In this document: positions 62,141-64,000 of the stretch, piece by piece
Layout of the letters: each line of letters begins with the position of its first letter
Numbering within the stretch: the stretch's first letter is position 1
Assembly (NCBI GenBank): GCA_963806855.1
Contig: CAWDYW010000003.1
Span: forward strand, 448,001 to 512,000
Direction: 5' to 3'
Origin: an uncultured Verrucomicrobiae bacterium
GTDB lineage: Bacteria; Chlamydiota; Chlamydiia; Chlamydiales; Rhabdochlamydiaceae
DNA: 64,000 nt
Notes under the pieces: model-generated
Told to the model about the DNA's origin: nothing
Database searches by the model: none
Seen by the model: the letters and a program-made list of their open reading frames with translations, nothing else
Program-made: the position numbers and the translations under genes

Positions 62141-64000
62141 TGAGTTCTCAAGTGGCCTCTACAGTTGAAATCAAAACGCTTGAGGCGATGTATCTTACCC
62201 GTTTTCTCGATGAGAAAATGATGAAGATGGCTCGGCAGAACAAGGGGGGGACATTCCACCTCTCGAGTTTGGGCCATGAGATGATCGGGACCATGTGCGG
62301 GCTATCGCTTAAGGCTGGCCACGATTGGGCCCTTCCCTATTATCGGGATCGCCCTTTTGCCGTTGGATTTGGGGTCGATTTAAAGGAGATGATCGCCGCC
62401 TTTTTAGCTCGCGAAATCCCCACCCATTCAGGCGGTCGGATGATGCCTGAACATTTTACCCATAAATCGATGCATATTCCTTGCCAGTCGAGCGTTGTTG
62501 GATCGCAGTTTCTGCAGGCAGTGGGAGTTGCGAAGGGGATTCAGCTGACGGGGCGCGACCAGATTGTCTACGTCTCAGGCGGCGATGGCTCGACATCACA
62601 AGGGGATTTCCACGAAGCGCTCAATTTTGCCACCATTCACCAGCTGAAGATCCTCTTTGTCATCCAAGACAACGGCTGGGCGATTTCGGTTCCGGTGCAT
62701 GAGCAGACAGCGGGGGGCTCGATTGCCAAGATGGCCCGCGGCTATGAGGGACTCGATGTGCACGAGATCGACGGGTGTGATTTTGAAGAGATCTCATCAG
62801 CTCTTAGCGCCTCGCTCTGCAAAAATGGACCGAGTCTGATTGTCGCCAAAATTCCCCGCATTGGACCACACAGCAGCAGCGACGACCCGAAAAAATATAA
62901 GAATGAGCAGATGCAGCTCGAAGACAAAATGCTCGATCCGATTCCCCGATTTGAAGCGTGGCTGCAGGAGATGGAGATCCTTTCTAAAGAAGAGATGGAG
63001 ACCCTACGCGCTGACTGTTTTAATCGAGTCGAACTGGCAGCTGAAGAGGCTGACCTAGAAGCTCACCCTGTCAAAGAGGTCCATGCCTCAAAAGTCTTCC
63101 TGGATGTTCCTGAGGTCGATTTTCCCGAAAAAGAAGTCGCCGACACCTCCGAAGCCGTCGTGATGGTTGACGCCCTCAATGAAGCTCTTCGAGAAGAGAT
63201 GCAGCGCGATCCAGGGATCGTCGTCTTCGGACAAGATGTGGCCCGTGGCAAAGGGGGAGTCTTCGGAGTGACACGTGAGCTCACCGCTCTCTTTGGCGAA
63301 AAACGGTGCTTCAATACTCCGCTCGCTGAGTCGACCATCATGGGTCTTTCACTTGGCATGTCGCTCGTCGAGCCGCTCAAACCGGTTGCCGAAATCCAGT
63401 TCGCCGATTATATCTGGACCGGCATCAACCAGCTCTTCAATGAAATCGCCTCCACCCTCTACCGCTCCAATGGTCAATGGAGTTGCCCTATCGTGATCCG
63501 CATGCCCTATGGCGGTTACATCCAAGGGGGCCCCTACCATTCGCAGAGCATCGAAGCCTTCCTCGCCCATTGCCCCGGCCTAAAAGTGGTCATCCCCAGC
63601 AACGCAGCAGATGCCAAACGGCTCCTCAAAGCCTCCATCCGCGACCCCAACCCGGTGATCTTCCTCGAACATAAAGGACTCTATCGACAACGCGTCTTCT
63701 GCGCACGTCGCTCGCCCGGAAAAGAGGAAATCCTCCCTCTTGGAAAAGCCAACATCGTCCGCGAAGGGACCGACGTCACCCTCGTCGGCTACGGGATGAT
63801 GATCTTCATGGCGGTCGAAGTGGCTGAAAAACTGGCTCGCGAAGGCATTTCAGTTGAAATTATCGATCTTCGCACCATTGTCCCTCTCGATGAAGAGTCG
63901 ATTGCCAAATCGGTGCGCAAAACAGGCAAACTGGTCATCGCCCATGAGGCGCCAGGCAATTGCGGTTTTGGAGCCGAGATTGCCGCCCGCATCTGTGAAA
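62140..64000 (+). CDS. Fused 2-oxoacid (branched-chain/pyruvate) dehydrogenase E1 alpha-beta, truncated by window end
   Basis: GTG start at 62140; PYYRD, GDGSTSQGDFHEALNFA, HSSSDD, EIQFADY and HSQS motifs. Confidence 0.9.
   Translation, partial: MSSQVASTVEIKTLEAMYLTRFLDEKMMKMARQNKGGTFHLSSLGHEMIGTMCGLSLKAGHDWALPYYRDRPFAVGFGVDLKEMIAAFLAREIPTHSGGRMMPEHFTHKSMHIPCQSSVVGSQFLQAVGVAKGIQLTGRDQIVYVSGGDGSTSQGDFHEALNFATIHQLKILFVIQDNGWAISVPVHEQTAGGSIAKMARGYEGLDVHEIDGCDFEEISSALSASLCKNGPSLIVAKIPRIGPHSSSDDPKKYKNEQMQLEDKMLDPIPRFEAWLQEMEILSKEEMETLRADCFNRVELAAEEADLEAHPVKEVHASKVFLDVPEVDFPEKEVADTSEAVVMVDALNEALREEMQRDPGIVVFGQDVARGKGGVFGVTRELTALFGEKRCFNTPLAESTIMGLSLGMSLVEPLKPVAEIQFADYIWTGINQLFNEIASTLYRSNGQWSCPIVIRMPYGGYIQGGPYHSQSIEAFLAHCPGLKVVIPSNAADAKRLLKASIRDPNPVIFLEHKGLYRQRVFCARRSPGKEEILPLGKANIVREGTDVTLVGYGMMIFMAVEVAEKLAREGISVEIIDLRTIVPLDEESIAKSVRKTGKLVIAHEAPGNCGFGAEIAARICE

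Overview
This window comes from an environmental Chlamydiae (Chlamydiota) genome. The evidence is an ATP/ADP translocase, Lpg1974-type porin, fused 2-oxoacid dehydrogenase E1, hrcA-grpE-dnaK with CIRCE, and the chlamydial gene order gnd-lepA-npt1-hypothetical-ytgABCD-dxr-rseP. AT-richer accessory genes are inserted into this backbone. The main points are: (1) A compact RNA-repair operon with a promoter carrying a perfect palindromic operator, two unannotated Y-RNA-like hairpins each followed by a U-tract, then Ro60/TROVE, a small HTH and RtcB, all ATGA-coupled, next to a frameshifted SLOG/DUF2493 gene. (2) A eukaryote-like ubiquitin toolkit: a membrane-anchored ubiquitin mimic ending in RGD beside a USP deubiquitinase, a second USP, a RING-H2 membrane protein and three F-box-LRR genes. 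Ank-SET, Ank-TM-J-domain and YopT-like candidate effectors are also present. (3) Two RNA-guided nuclease elements: IS605 tnpA/tnpB, and IscB with its omegaRNA sitting in a gene whose middle is missing. (4) Three copies of the cadA 3' end that mark serial insertions or duplications. (5) Several families of palindromic MITE/REP-like repeats. dnaK is broken by many indels, probably a sequence-quality artefact. All calls come from reading motifs by eye; no searches were run.
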